A DNA stretch of 64,000 nt, from NCBI GenBank assembly GCA_027923505.1, contig BROI01000012.1:682001-746000 (forward strand), given 5' to 3'. How positions within the stretch are numbered: the stretch's first letter is position 1; each line of letters starts with the position of its first letter. Shown one piece after another: positions 43,514-56,500 of this stretch. The notes under the pieces were generated by a model, which was given only the letters and a program-made list of their open reading frames with translations, made no database searches and was not told the origin of the DNA. The position numbers and the translations under genes are program-made. This DNA is from Mayamaea pseudoterrestris. Taxonomy: Eukaryota.

Positions 43514-44713
43514 ATGGCAAGCGAAGACGATAGCGACCCTTTGAAACCACAACAATCGCCCGAGCAGCTTCGAGATGTTGTTGACGCATTGCGGCAACCG
43601 TTAACGGGACGGAATGTGCTGCTTCCCTTTAGTCCTCGAGCATTCGTAAAAGCGAAACTGTCGCCTGCCTTGAATGATGATCAAGAGGAACTGGTGCAAG
43701 TCAGGCTCGGAGATGGATATTTGCGACAAATGACTCGATCGGAAGCTAAAATGTTGCTGGAGGAGGAGTACAAGGAGAAGACCAAGTCAAAGACTTTGAA
43801 AACTACGTCGGCGCTTAAACAGTCTCTCCCTCCAGACAAAAACACCAAAATAGCACCAGCATTTACCGGCGCAGCTTCTTTCTTTGATATTCGCGAAGAG
43901 ATTGATGAATCAGGCAATCCCATTGGAGGCGAAGCCATTGACATCACTCAGCGACTCCAGCAAATGGAAATTGTTGCTGCGTCTCAAGGACAGCCGACTC
44001 CATCCTCGCATCCTGCCGAAGACAAAGAAGACGACGACGACGCTAAAACAATAGCCGAAGATGATTCATCGCTTCGAGTACTGAATGATGATGAGTATGG
44101 CTCACTGGCAGCTAGGTTGGATGAGCTAGCTCGTCTGGAAGAATTGACTGAGCAGGAAGCGACGGCAAACGAAATGAGTCGATCCTCTATAAAAGGCAAA
44201 TCCTGGAAGAAGGGTTTTTTGAACAAGAAGCCAGCATCGGTAAAGTCTATGAAGGTCGAACCAACGATTACAACATCTAGTACCGTGGTTTCGCAAGAGC
44301 AATCGCGATTGCGGAAATCGGTCGCCTTTGCAGACGCTGGTCCGGACGTAAAGGAAATACCACGCATTGGAGAACGATCAATCAAGGAGGAGCAGGAGAC
44401 TATGAATCGTTTGAAAAAGCCCACTGGCTGGTCGAAAGGATTTCTAAACAACAAAAAGCAGACTGGTGCTTCCCAGAGCGACGGTCGGCGAAGAGTCGGC
44501 TTTCTGGAAGAAGCGGATGTGCAGGAGATACCAAGAGCAGTACCGGCGAGACCTGAAGCTGCAGCTCCTACTATTAAGTCGTTTGATGAGAACGTGTTTT
44601 CTAGCGTAGTTGCTGAGCACGTTGTCACAGAGAAGCCGCCACAGGAGCCGCCTGTCGACGAGCCAAAGAGGCTCTCCAAATTTGCCCAACGGCGAATGGA
44701 AATGCAGCAGTAA
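43514..44713 (+). CDS. URI1/Bud27-like unconventional prefoldin RPB5 interactor
   Basis: Prefoldin-alpha-like LPFSPRAFVKAKL...VRLGDGYL, DIREEID, C-terminal KRLSKFAQRR. Confidence 0.75.
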   Translation: MASEDDSDPLKPQQSPEQLRDVVDALRQPLTGRNVLLPFSPRAFVKAKLSPALNDDQEELVQVRLGDGYLRQMTRSEAKMLLEEEYKEKTKSKTLKTTSALKQSLPPDKNTKIAPAFTGAASFFDIREEIDESGNPIGGEAIDITQRLQQMEIVAASQGQPTPSSHPAEDKEDDDDAKTIAEDDSSLRVLNDDEYGSLAARLDELARLEELTEQEATANEMSRSSIKGKSWKKGFLNKKPASVKSMKVEPTITTSSTVVSQEQSRLRKSVAFADAGPDVKEIPRIGERSIKEEQETMNRLKKPTGWSKGFLNNKKQTGASQSDGRRRVGFLEEADVQEIPRAVPARPEAAAPTIKSFDENVFSSVVAEHVVTEKPPQEPPVDEPKRLSKFAQRRMEMQQ

Positions 44714-44792
44714 GACTAATATGGCAATATATATGCTAATGGACACATCAACATCTGTAACGTTATATTTTTCAACCATTCATCACACCAAT

Positions 44793-46002
44793 TTACATGA
44801 CAGACACAACCACAAAAACCACTGACAGCAACAATGTCACACTCGTCCCAGAGACATTCATCACCCCACCACTTTCTCCATTGGAAGATCCACTTGGTGC
44901 TGGCGTATTGGACGATCCAGTACTGGCCGGAACTGGCTCACTGGTGGGTGACGGACTAATTGTTGGTTCCGTCGCAACAACCGCTCCGCCGCTTGAACAA
45001 GGATCCAACGTTGCAATCCGCGTAAAGGAACTGCACGGATAGGCAATGTCAACGTTGAATCCGGCATTATACGGCGATTTGCTAGAGTGACGAGAAAAAC
45101 ACGTGAGTTGTCAACTGGAAAATGAACCGCAAGATTCGCCTTCCAGCGCAGTATGTATGTACTTACTACAATCCTGCCAATTCATCAAACTCTGCCTGAA
45201 AGTCCTTGGAGCAGCTCAAACATGAACCCAGCTCACAGAGTGGCGGATCACCAAACAAGTTGGATGTTTGCCCGGCGCAATCGCCCGCACATAACTGTGC
45301 GTTTGCCGCCGCAAAGTTTGCCCACAACGAGGCGCACTGATCCGTAAATCCAACCGTCTCGTAGCAGCTAACCAAACTAGAAAAGGTTCCTCCAAAGGCA
45401 AACTGCGTGGCACATGTAATACTAGCAGACTGTAGTGAGTCAAGCGTAGACATTCTCACGGCCAAGTCTTGGGCGTTGGAGCAGACGCCGCAGGCGCCAG
45501 AGTGAATCATCATGGCGTTGGCGTCAGCTGAAACAGCGTCAATGCTTGCGTAGGTGACGAGTTCGTACTGGCGATTGGGACAATCGGATGAATCAGAAGC
45601 TGCACTGGCAAACTTGTAGGCACAGACTGCATTGTCCGAGGACGCTGAACTACCAGCAGTTGAAAGGACACATTGTGGGAGGGTTGATTCTTCATACGAA
45701 AGTGCTCCAATGGCATCCGCAAAGGGAAAGCAGTCGGACGACCCATCACTCGTTTGCAGCGTAATTGGAGCCGATGTTTCCACAAAGGTAGTGTAGAGAG
45801 TGGGATAAGAGTCCGGAAAGGATTGGTAAATACCCGAGGTATCGGAAGGACAGGTTCCAGAGTCGGTTCCTCCGTCGGGGACGCACCAGCAACTGTCACA
45901 AACAGGATTCAAAGTATTGTCCTGGAGTTGACGCGAAGCCATGACATGATTGATTGATGCTGTCAGCCAAAGGGCCGCAACTAGAAGGAAGCTGCTGATC
46001 AT
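44793..46002 (-). CDS. Cys-rich secreted/cell-surface protein with S/T/P stalk and GPI-signal-like tail. Exons 46002-45167, 45081-44793
   Basis: Signal peptide; CDSCWCVP, HSGACGVCSNAQDL. Intron 45166-45082 joins AGL-YKSPYNAG...LDPCSS; hydrophobic C-terminal end. Confidence 0.8.
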
Positions 46003-46221
46003 GTTTGGCTTTTGGCGCTTTATGCTCCTCTCTCGCGGATCATCGCGCGGTTCAAAAGCACACGTCGTACCGGTTCTCGGATTTTGAAACGGCGTCGATT
46101 CTGCCGCGCCTCGCGAGAACCGTCTATCCAAGCTCTTTCAATCTTTCGAAAAATTAAATCAGTTTCCTTCACTTTCACGTCCGGTCAATCACTTGCATTA
46201 TTACTTTTAAACATTTGAATC

Positions 46222-47121
46222 ATGTTTCAATGCATTCGTATTCCCGCGGATGAATCTGCTCCGATTGAAACAATTTCTCTCTCCAAGTCCGGAGGATTGA
46301 CCAACGATGCACTAGCTGCCCATGCCAAGCAATACTTTGCACAAAAATATCAAGGCGAAACATCTTCCACCGACCCTTATGCGACAGCCTCATGCTTGGA
46401 TATTACAGCTGTTACAGTTCCAATGAAAGGAAACGACTACAGGGCTGTCAGTCTCTACAAGTATGGAGGAGACTCATCACAGCTACCAGTCAATCAACGC
46501 GCCATGACTCTTGTTCAAGCCTGTGGACACGCACTATCGAGCTCCATTCAAGGCGACGTGTTTGTGGGACGCGCCCGCGATGATGAGAATGCTGACATTT
46601 GGGAGCGAGTCGACTTTACAGCAGATGATGCGCTGCCGACAGCAGACTGGTGTCGAACAGCTCGACAGACGGGTGGAGGAGGCGGAACGGGCAAGGCGGC
46701 GGCTTCCTCGCTGAGTGGATTACTGCAGCAGACGCAAACAAATGGTAACAATCTGCAAGTGTTATCTGGAGATGGAAGTTCTGGTGGAGCAGATGCGTCG
46801 CTGTCGTTTGGTAGAAACGGAGCAGCCGCTGTACAGGCATTTGGCTACACTTGGACGCAAGATTCTGATGAGGTTGAACTCAAGTTTCCTGTAGCACCCG
46901 AAACAGTAACCAAGGATTGCAAAGTTGTCTTTGGACGGAATGCGATAAAGGTAACAGTGGCAGGAAAGGTATTACTGGACGGAAGTACCTTTTTGCCAGT
47001 TGTTGCCGATGAATGCACTTGGACATTGACACGCGATGCGGCGAATTCAGACCAGAAAGATTTGACAGTGACGCTCATGAAGGAGGAGTCGTCCAAAACG
47101 TGGACCTTTGTGGTGCAGTAA
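46222..47121 (+). CDS. CS-domain (NudC/p23-like) co-chaperone protein
   Basis: C-terminal YTWTQDSDEVELKFPV...DECTWTL...LTVTLMK...W. Confidence 0.85.
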   Translation: MFQCIRIPADESAPIETISLSKSGGLTNDALAAHAKQYFAQKYQGETSSTDPYATASCLDITAVTVPMKGNDYRAVSLYKYGGDSSQLPVNQRAMTLVQACGHALSSSIQGDVFVGRARDDENADIWERVDFTADDALPTADWCRTARQTGGGGGTGKAAASSLSGLLQQTQTNGNNLQVLSGDGSSGGADASLSFGRNGAAAVQAFGYTWTQDSDEVELKFPVAPETVTKDCKVVFGRNAIKVTVAGKVLLDGSTFLPVVADECTWTLTRDAANSDQKDLTVTLMKEESSKTWTFVVQ

Positions 47122-47271
47122 ATGAACGACATTTGTTACGAGTCTGCACCAGCGAGAAAACTGTAGTGCTTGTCCTGTTGCGGCAGTATCCGCTCGAAGC
47201 AGCCGCTTACAGTGAGAGTAAAATAGCTTACGTGCAAGTAAATAAACAACTACTTTGCTACTAGCGCAATT

Positions 47272-48942
47272 TTATAATTGACGCCCTTTCCGGCGCTGTG
47301 GTCGCATTAATATGAAGGCAATCACAAGTGGAATAGTCAGCGGCAGACTCGCAAGAAAGGCACTCAGGAAGATAGGAGTGAAAGCGCCGTAAAACTTTTG
47401 AATATAACTTGGATGTCCATTGTAGCTGACGCAAATCCAATCGTCCTCCTGGGCCCCGTGTGGAGCAAGCGATTCGTACAAGCGTTCATAATCGGCATCG
47501 TGGCTTCCTTCAACTTTGTATGGCGCAGCAGTGCCCGACAGTGCGTCAAAGTCCCAGCTTGTGCTTAAAAGAACTTGCCGATCATCCATCTCTTCGCCAA
47601 GAACACGCACAATGACTCTTCGTTTTTCCCAGTCAAACTCAAACTCTCCAAAGTTTCGTTCCAGTGCGTATTGCAATCCTTGTCTCGCGTTATCTTCGAC
47701 TTGGTTTGTCCGTACGACATCATTCCAGCCTCCACTGTGGTGTGCCCATTCCATACCCATTTTGAGGCACCATGCAAAATATGGTGTCTGGCAAATCAAG
47801 CTCAAATTGGGCCTGGCGCAAATATTCGTCCCCCAGCTATGAGTCATGCCACTAGTCGTCACCTGATGATGAGAGAATTGCATATGTTGTAAGCTACGTG
47901 CACGACGAGTGATAGACGTTCGCCGCCGCCATAATCATGCGCGACCTACCTCAAGTAAAGTTTGCTTCTTGCCGCCGTTTGCGCGCCTGCAATCCTTCCG
48001 CAGCAGCTCGGCCATGTGCACATCTCCGCTGACAATCATTACAGGCGTTCTAGTCGCCTTAGTATCCGTCGACGATTGCAATAAAGCCTGATACAATCGA
48101 TGCTGCGCCGTTGGGAACCGACTCCAATCTTCAACCGCATTTCCATTATAGTATCGATCCGCATGCACCTGCAAGCCGCTCACAATGATATTCACTGCGG
48201 CCGTCGACTTTTGCAGTCCTTGCTCAAGCCACTCCCATTGTTCTTCGCCTAAAAAGTCAGCTTCATAGTCGAGTTGGTACTTTCTCTTCCAATGCTTGTT
48301 CCATGGTGTCTTGTTGGATCGGACGTCAAGCAGAAAAATGGCAACAGAACGATTCGATAAAGACGACGAGGAAGTTTTATCATTATAGTTCAAGTCGTAC
48401 CCAGTCTCTATTCCAGCCTCCTCGTCACTCAGCAGCTGATTGCCGCGTGGCCGATCAAAGTCCAAAACCTTGACGCCATAAACGCCCTTGCCGGAAGAAG
48501 CTCGCTGCTGCATCATGGTCAGGTTACTCGCTGGCCGATGAGACGTCAGGAAGTTAACAAATGCTTTCGCAGAATGGGTCTTGTGTTCATACGTGTAGTC
48601 GCCATTGTTAATGCCATAGTCGTGATCATCCAAAGCACCAAGAATGATCGTACTGTTCGTCTCCAGCAACTTTTTGTAACCTTCATCCTGCAACTGTCTC
48701 GCATATAGTTCATCAATGACGTGAGGTGTCGCTGGCAGTGGCTTTCGCTTCTCCCAAAATCGTCGCTTGGGAAGGAACGAGTCGGCATAAATCACGTCGC
48801 CGCCCCACACAAAGGCCGATGCGTTGCGCGAAATCACCGACGGCCACAGCACTTGCTCGTAGTGTTGGCTGCTGCATGATGCAAACAAGATGCGATCCTT
48901 GCTGGGTGCTGTAGAAGCTACCGTGACAGAGTTGCTGTTCAT
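47272..48942 (-). CDS. PhoD-like (alkaline phosphatase D) metallophosphatase with C-terminal TM. Exons 48942-47950, 47862-47272
   Basis: FASC, WGGDVIYAD, DDHDYGINNG, LLDVRS, LGEEQWEWL, SGDVHMAE, E|VTTSGMTH across intron 47949-47863. Confidence 0.9.
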
Positions 48943-49355
48943 TTTGTTGTATAGCAAGTTGACTGACTACTCTTCGGTCAGCGAGGAAGATTAGTGTGAT
49001 CGATCAAATCGAACTTCTTCCCATGATGCTCTCGGCGCGGCGCGGCGAGAATCATTCGTGTCGTAGCATCACCACCATGACGGACCGGTACTCGATAAGT
49101 CACGCACGTCACATTTTTCTTCCTTGGCACCTCACCATGGGAAACTTCCGTTCAAATTGGCTTCGCTTCAACAGTACAGTGAAGTTTCATTGTCTATTCT
49201 TTCGACTGATAAGCAGATTTCAGAATCTTTTGGAAAGGAATTGATCTACTGAGCATTACTTGACGGTCGACAAGCATTCACAACATTCACATACCGTCAT
49301 ACTTTCGCCACGAATAAGGAAAGCCAACGGCAATTTACTCCGGCAAAGCACAGTC

Positions 49356-49913
49356 ATGACAAACTATAAGAACAAAATATGCGTGCTATCTTTAATGGTT
49401 CTGATTCTGTCTCGTGCTGCAGACTCGTTTCTTCCACTACAAGCCGCAAGGCGGTCAGCAACAGTCGCGCCGTCATGGTCTGTCACACTTGCCAATCCTT
49501 TGACGACAATGTACGAATCGAAATCAACCAATGACGCAACGACTGATGAATCTTCCGAAAGCAGCGCCAAGTCTCGTGTAGAGCGAATCAAGGAGGAATT
49601 GACGAAGGCGAATGGCATGAAGGTTGGCGAAATGAAAAAGGAACTGGAGGCACGAGGCATTTCGACGCGATCTTTTTTCGAAAAGATCGAGTTTGTTAGA
49701 GCCTATGCGGAAGCAATTGTGGACAATGTTTCCAACAGTCGGGCCAGTGCTGCTGGATCATCCTCCAGCAGTAAGAATAACAGTAAACAGTCGGCGTCGC
49801 GGCCAGATGAACCGTTTGACCCGTCCTATCGCGACGTTTCAACGCAAAAGTTCAATGCTCGAGATCCACGACTACTGTCTGGCGTTGTCATTGACGTTAC
49901 GCCAAGGCGATAA
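49356..49913 (+). CDS. Small plastid-targeted protein with SAP/HeH-like helical domain
   Basis: Signal peptide ending ADS-F; MKVGEMKKELEARGISTRSFFEKIEFV pattern. Confidence 0.7.
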   Translation: MTNYKNKICVLSLMVLILSRAADSFLPLQAARRSATVAPSWSVTLANPLTTMYESKSTNDATTDESSESSAKSRVERIKEELTKANGMKVGEMKKELEARGISTRSFFEKIEFVRAYAEAIVDNVSNSRASAAGSSSSSKNNSKQSASRPDEPFDPSYRDVSTQKFNARDPRLLSGVVIDVTPRR

Positions 49914-50289
49914 CGACAGTTTCTAAATTATAACAGATGGAACATGCGAGAAAGGTTTGGCCATACAAAAGCTCAGAAAATGGTTGGAAAGGTATGCACA
50001 CCCGTAGTGTATGTCATGCAGATTTGATAGGGGCTGCATCCAACCATCTAGGCTGATGCATTCTAAATTTATCTGTGCTAGCAATACCCCTACCCCTCCC
50101 TGGTAACACTGGAACCATTAGTATGCTTCTCAACTTGTCCATAGGCAAGGTAGCCTTAGTTCAGTGCTTTTCAAGTGCCATGATCTCAGCACTCTTTCAA
50201 ATTGGCTGGAGCATGGATCTCCTCTTTGTCTTTTCCTTGTTCTTTGAATGCATTGTATTTCGAAACAATGGAATGAACATATTTTTGGT

Positions 50290-50595
50290 AGGATATATTA
50301 TCCGGACATGCTTCACGACATAAATTGGCATTCTGCCACTGCGATGCAGATGACGTAAGGCTTTGGGTGCCCCCCACAAACAACTGAGGCTACACGTGAG
50401 CTGTGAATGATTGTTATGCACCAATCTCACTGCATACATGTCCCCAAGCATAGCTGAAGCCAAAATCATGGAGCAAGACTTTTGGGGTAGTCTATGAAGG
50501 CCACACACTGGTTCCTGTGTGAACACTGCCCTTCCAGACAATTGATGCTACACATGAGCTGTGAATGATTGATCTGCACAAATCTCACCGCATAC
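50290..50595. repeat. Left flank: repeat family B (about 1.4 units) plus segment X
   Basis: GCTACAC(G/A)TGAGCTGTGAATGATTG occurs twice; homologous in direct orientation to 61410-61975. Confidence 0.85.
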
Positions 50596-53500
50596 CCCAG
50601 CCAAGCCTTCCAACTTGTAGCGCAGCTGGAATAATGATGTTGGCCCCATTCTGGTGTAATTTGGGCACCTACAGGTCCTGCTGTAGGCGTGTTTGAATGT
50701 CATGTCATCTGCGGGCTGAGACTGGTGACAAGTTGTCACCAAATACATTGCCATCCCCTGAGACACCAGCAAAGCCTACCATCTTGTAGAGCAGACGGAA
50801 TAATGATGTTGGCACCATTCTGGTGTATTTTGGGCACCTACAGGGCCTGCTGTAGGGGGGTTTGAATGTCACGGCATCTGCGGGCTGAGACTGGTGACAA
50901 GTTGTCACCAAATACATTGCCATCCCCTGAGACACCAACCAAGCCTACCAACTTGTAGCGCAGCTAGACAAATGATGTTGGCACCATTCTGGTGTATTTT
51001 GGGCACCTACAGGGCCTGCTGTAGGTGTGTTTGAATGTCACGGCATCTGCGGGCTGAGACTGGTGACAAGTTGTCACCAAATACATTGCCAACCCCTGAG
51101 ACACCAGCCAAGCCTACCATCTTGTAGCGCAGCCTGAATAATGATGTTGGCACCATTCTGGTGTATTTTGGGCACCTACAGGGTTTGCTGTAGGGGCATT
51201 GGAATGTCACGGCATCTGCAGGCTGAGACTGGTGACAAGTTGTCACCAAATATATTGCCATCCCCTGAGACACCAGCCAAAACTACCATCTTGTAGCGCA
51301 ACCTGAATAGTGATGTTGGCACCATTCTGGTGTATTTTGGGCACCTACAGGGCTTGCTGTAGGGGCGTTTGAATGTCACAGCATCTGTGGGCTGAGACTG
51401 GTGACAAGTTGTCACCAAATACATTGCCATCCCCTGAGACACCAACCAAGCCTACCATCTTGTAGCGCAGCCTGAATAATGATGTTGGCACCATTCTGGT
51501 GTATTTTGGGCACCTACAGGGCTTGCTGAAGGTGTGTCTGAATGTCACGGCATCTGCGGGCTGAGACTGGTGACAAGTTGTCACCAAACACATTGCCATC
51601 CCCTGAGACACCAGCCAAGCCTACCATCCTGTAGCGCAGTCTGAATGATGATGTTGGCACCATTCTGGTGTATTTTGGACACCTACAGGGCTTGCTGTAG
51701 GTGTGTTTGCATCTGCAGGCTGAGACTGGTGACAAGTTGTCACCAAATACATTGCCATCCCCTGAGACACCAACCAAGCCTACCATCTTGTAGCGCAGCC
51801 TGAATAATGATGTTGGCACCATTCTGGTGTATTTTGGGCACCTACAGGGTTTGCTGTAGGGGCATTGGAAAGTCACGGCATCTGCAGGCTGAGACTGGTG
51901 ACAAGTTGTCACCAAATTCATTGTCATCCCCTGCGACACCAGCCAAGCCTACCATCTTGTAGCGCAGCCTGAATAATGATGTTGGCACCATTCTGGTGTA
52001 TTTTGGGCACGTACAGGGCTTGCTGTAGGGGCGTTTGAAAGTCACGGCATCTGTGGGCTGAGACTGCTGACAAGTTGTCACCAAATATATTGCCATCCCC
52101 TGAGACACCAGCCAAGCCAACCATCTTGTAGCGCAGCCTGAATAATGATGTTGGCACCATTCTGGTGTATTTTGGGCACATACAGGGCTTGCTGTAGGGG
52201 CGTTTGAATGTCATGGCATCTATGGGCTGAGATTGGTGACAAGTTGTCACCAAATACATTGCCATCCCCTGAGACATCAGCCAAGCCTACCAATCTTGTA
52301 GCGCAGCATGAATAATGATGCTGGCACCATTCTGGTGTATTTTGGGCACCTAGTACAGGGCCTGCTGTAGGGGGTTTGAATGTCACGGCATCTGCGGGCT
52401 GAGACTGGTAACAAGTTGTCACCAAATACATTGCCATCCCCTGAGACACCAGCCAAGCCTACCATCTTGTAGCACAGCCTGAATAATGATGTTGGCACCA
52501 TTCTGGTGTATTTTGGGCACATACAGGGCTTGCTTTAGGGGCGTTTGAATGTCACGGCATCTGTGGGCTGACATTGGTGACAAGTTATCACCAAATATAT
52601 TGCCATCCCCTGAGACAGCAGCCAAAACTACCATCTTGTAGCGCAGCCTGAATAATGATGTTGGCACCATTCTGGTGTATATTGGGCACCTACAGGGCTT
52701 GCTGCAGGGGCGTTTGAATGTCACAGCATCTGTGGGCTGAGATTTGGTGACAAGTTGTCACCAAATATATTGCCATCCCCTGACACAACAGCCAAGCCTA
52801 CCATCTTGAAGTGCAGCCTGTATAATGATGTTGGCACCATTCTGGTGTATTTTGGGCACCTACAGGGCCTGCTGTAGGGGGGTTTGAATGTCACGGCATC
52901 TGCGGGCTGAGACTGGTGACAAGTTGTCACCAAATACACTGTCATTCCCTGAGACACCCGCCAAGCTTACCAAATTGTAGTGTAGCCCGAATAATGATGT
53001 TGGCACCATTCTGGTGTATTTTGGGCACCTACAGGGCCTGCTGTAGGGGGGTTTGAATGTCATGGCATCTGTGGGCTGAGACTGGTGACAAGTTGTCACC
53101 AAATACATTGCCATCCCCTGAGACACCAGCCAAGCCAACCATCTTGTAGCGCAGCCTGAATAATGATGTTGGCACCATTCTGGTGTAAATTGGGCACCTA
53201 CAGGGCTTGCTGTAGGTGCATTTGAAAATCACGGCATCTATGGGCTGAGACTGGTGACAAGTTGTCACCAAATGCATTGCCATCCCCTGAGACACCAGCC
53301 AAGCCTACCATCTTGTAGCGCAGCCTGAATAATGATGGTGACACCATTCTGGTGTAAATTGGGCACGTACAGGGCTTGCTGTAGGGGGGTTTGAATGTCA
53401 TGGCATCTGTGGGCTGAGACTGGTGACAAGTTGTCACCAAATACATTGCCATCCCCTGAGACACCAGCCAAGCCAACCATCTTGTAGCGCAGCCTGAATA

Positions 53501-56500
53501 ATGATGTTGGCACCATTCTGGTGTAAATTGGGCACCTACAGGGCTTGCTGTAGGTGCATTTGAAAGTCACGGCATCTATGGGCTGAGACTGGTGACAAGT
53601 TGTCACCAAATACATTGCCATCCCCTGAGACACCAGCCAAGCCTACCATCTTGTAGCGCAGCCTGAATAATGATGTTGGCACCATTCTGGTGTATTTTGG
53701 GCACGTACAGGGCTTGCTGTAGGGGCGTTTGAATGTCACGGCATCTGTGGGCTGACATTGGTGACAAGTTATCACCAAATATATTGCCATCCCCTGAGAC
53801 ACCAGCCAAAACTACCATCTTGTAGCGCAGCCTGAATAGTGATGTTGGCACCATTCTGGTGTATTTTGGGCACCTACAGGGCTTGCTGTAGGGGCGTTTG
53901 AATGTCACAGCATCTGTGGGCTGAGATTGCTGACAAGCTGTCACCAAATATATTGCCATCCCCTGAGACACCAGCCAAGCCCACCATCTTGTAGCTCAGT
54001 CTGAATAATGATGTTGGCACCATTCTGGTGTAAATTGGGCACGTACAGGGCTTGCTGTAGGGGCGTTTGAATGTCACGGCATCTGTGGGCTGAGATTGGT
54101 GACAAGTTGTCACCAAATATATTGCCATCCCCTGAGACACCAGCCAAGCCAACCATCTTGTAGCGCAGCCTGAATAATGATGTTGGCACCATTCTGGTGT
54201 ATTTTGGGCACCTACAGGGCTTGCTGTAGGTGCATTTGAAAGTCACGGCATCTATGGGCTGAGACTGGTGACAAGTTGTCACCAAATACATTGCCATCCC
54301 CTGAGACACCAGCCAAGCCTACCATCTTGTAGCGCAGCCTGAATAAAGATGTTGGCACCATTCTGGTGTATTTTGGGCACCTACAGGGCCTGCTGTAGGG
54401 GCGCTGAGACTGGTGACAAGTTGTCACCAAATACATTGCCATCCCCTGAGACACCAGCCAAGCCTACCATCTTGTAGCGCAGCCTGAATAAAGATGTTGG
54501 CACCATTCTGGTGTATTTTGGGCACCTACAGGGCCTGCTGTAGGGGCGTTTGAATGTCACGGCATCTGCGGGCTGAGACTGGTGACAAGTTGTCACCAAA
54601 TACATTGCCATCCCCTGAGACACCAGCCAAGCCTACCATCTTGTAGCGCAGCCTGAATAATGATGTTGGCACCATTCTGGTGTATTTTGGGCACCTACAG
54701 GGCTTGCTGTAGGGGTGTTTGAATGTCACGGCATCTGTGGGCTGAGATTGGTGACAAGTTGTCACCAAATACATTGCCATCCCCTGAGACACCAGCCAAG
54801 CCTACCATCTTGTAGCGCAGCCTAAATAATGATGTTGGCACCATTCTGGTGTAAATTGGGCACCTACAGGGCTTGCTGTAGGGGCGTTTGAAAGTCACGG
54901 CATCTGTGGGCTGAGACTGGTGACAAGTTGTCACCAAATACATTGCCATCCCCTGAGACACCAGCCAAGCCTACCATCTTGTAGCGCAGCCTGAATAATG
55001 ATGTTGGCACCATTCTGGTGTATTTTGGGCACCTACAGGGCTTGCTGTAGGTGCGTTTGAATGTCATGGCATCTGTGGGCTGAGACTGGTGACAAGTTGT
55101 CACCAAATACATTGCCATCCCCTGAGACACCAGCCAAGCCTACCATCTTGTAGCGCAGCCTGAATAATGATGTTGGCACCATTCTGGTGTAAATTGGGCA
55201 CCTACAGGGCTTGCTGTAGGTGCATTTGAAATACATTCCCGCAGCATCTATTTGTAGGCCTGAATTGATGTTGGACATTCTGGTGTGACAAGGTGTTGTC
55301 ACCAAATATATTGCCATCCCCTGAGACACCAGCCAAGCCTACCATCTTGTAGCGCAGCCTGAATAGTGATGTTGGCACCATTCTGGTGTATTTTGGGCAC
55401 CTACAGGGCTTGCTGTAGGGGCGTTTGAATGTCACAGCATCTGTGGGCTGAGATTGGTGACAAGTTGTCACCAAATATATTGCCATCCCCTGAGACACCA
55501 GCCAAGCCTACCATCTTGTAGCGCAGCCTGAATAATGATGTTGGCACCATTCTGGTGTATTTTGGGCACCTACAGGGCTTGCTGTAGGTGCGTTTGAATG
55601 TCACGGCATCTGCGGGCTGAGACTGGTGACAAGTTGTCACCAAATACATTGCCATCCCCTGAGACACCAGCCAAGCCTACCATCTTGTAGCTGTATGATG
55701 TTGGCACCGATGTTGGCGCCATTCTGGTGTATTTTGGGCACCTACAGGGCTTGCTGTAGGTGTAGGCATCTGGGGGCTGAGACTGGTGACAAGTTGTCAC
55801 CAAATACATTGCCATCCCCTGAGACACCAGCCAAGCCTACCATCTTGTAGCGCAGCCTGAATAATGATGTTGGCACCATTCTGGTGTATTTTGGGCACCT
55901 ACAGGGCTTGCTGTGGGGTGTTTGAATGTCATGGCATCTGTTCAAGTTGTCACTCTTGCCATCTGGTGTGGCGCAGTGAGAGATCTGGTGTACAAGTTGT
56001 CATCTGCAAATCACCAAATACATTGCCATCCCCTGAGACACCAGCCAAGCCTACCATCTTGTAGCGCAGCCTGAATAATGATGTTGGCACCATTCTGGTG
56101 TATTTTGGGCACCTACAGGGCTTGCTGTAGGGGCATTTGAATGTCACGGCATCTGTGGGCTGAGACTGGTGACAAGTTGTCACCAAATACATTGCCATCC
56201 CCTGAGACACCAGCCAAGCCTACCATCTTGTAGCGCAGCCTGAATAATGATGTTGGCACCATTCTGGTGTATTTTGGGCACCTACAGGGCTCTGTAGGTG
56301 TGGGTTTGAATGTCACGGCATCTGTGGGCGTTGCACTGTACAAGTTGTCCTAAATACACTGCCATTCCCTGAGACACCAGCCAAGCTTGCGAATAATGAT
56401 GTTGGCACCATTCTGGTGTATTTTGGGCACCTACAGGGCCTGCTGTAGGGGGGTTTGAATGTCATGGCATCTGCGGGCTGAGACTGGTGACAAGTTGTCA

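Noticed and set aside
53060..53170. TPP-riboswitch-like words in the monomer (GGCTGAGA..AATAC..CCTGA..ATAATG)
   Set aside because: P4/P5 pairing and the 3' GCGTAGG strand are missing and the spacing is wrong; likely chance. An Infernal search with the TPP model would settle it.
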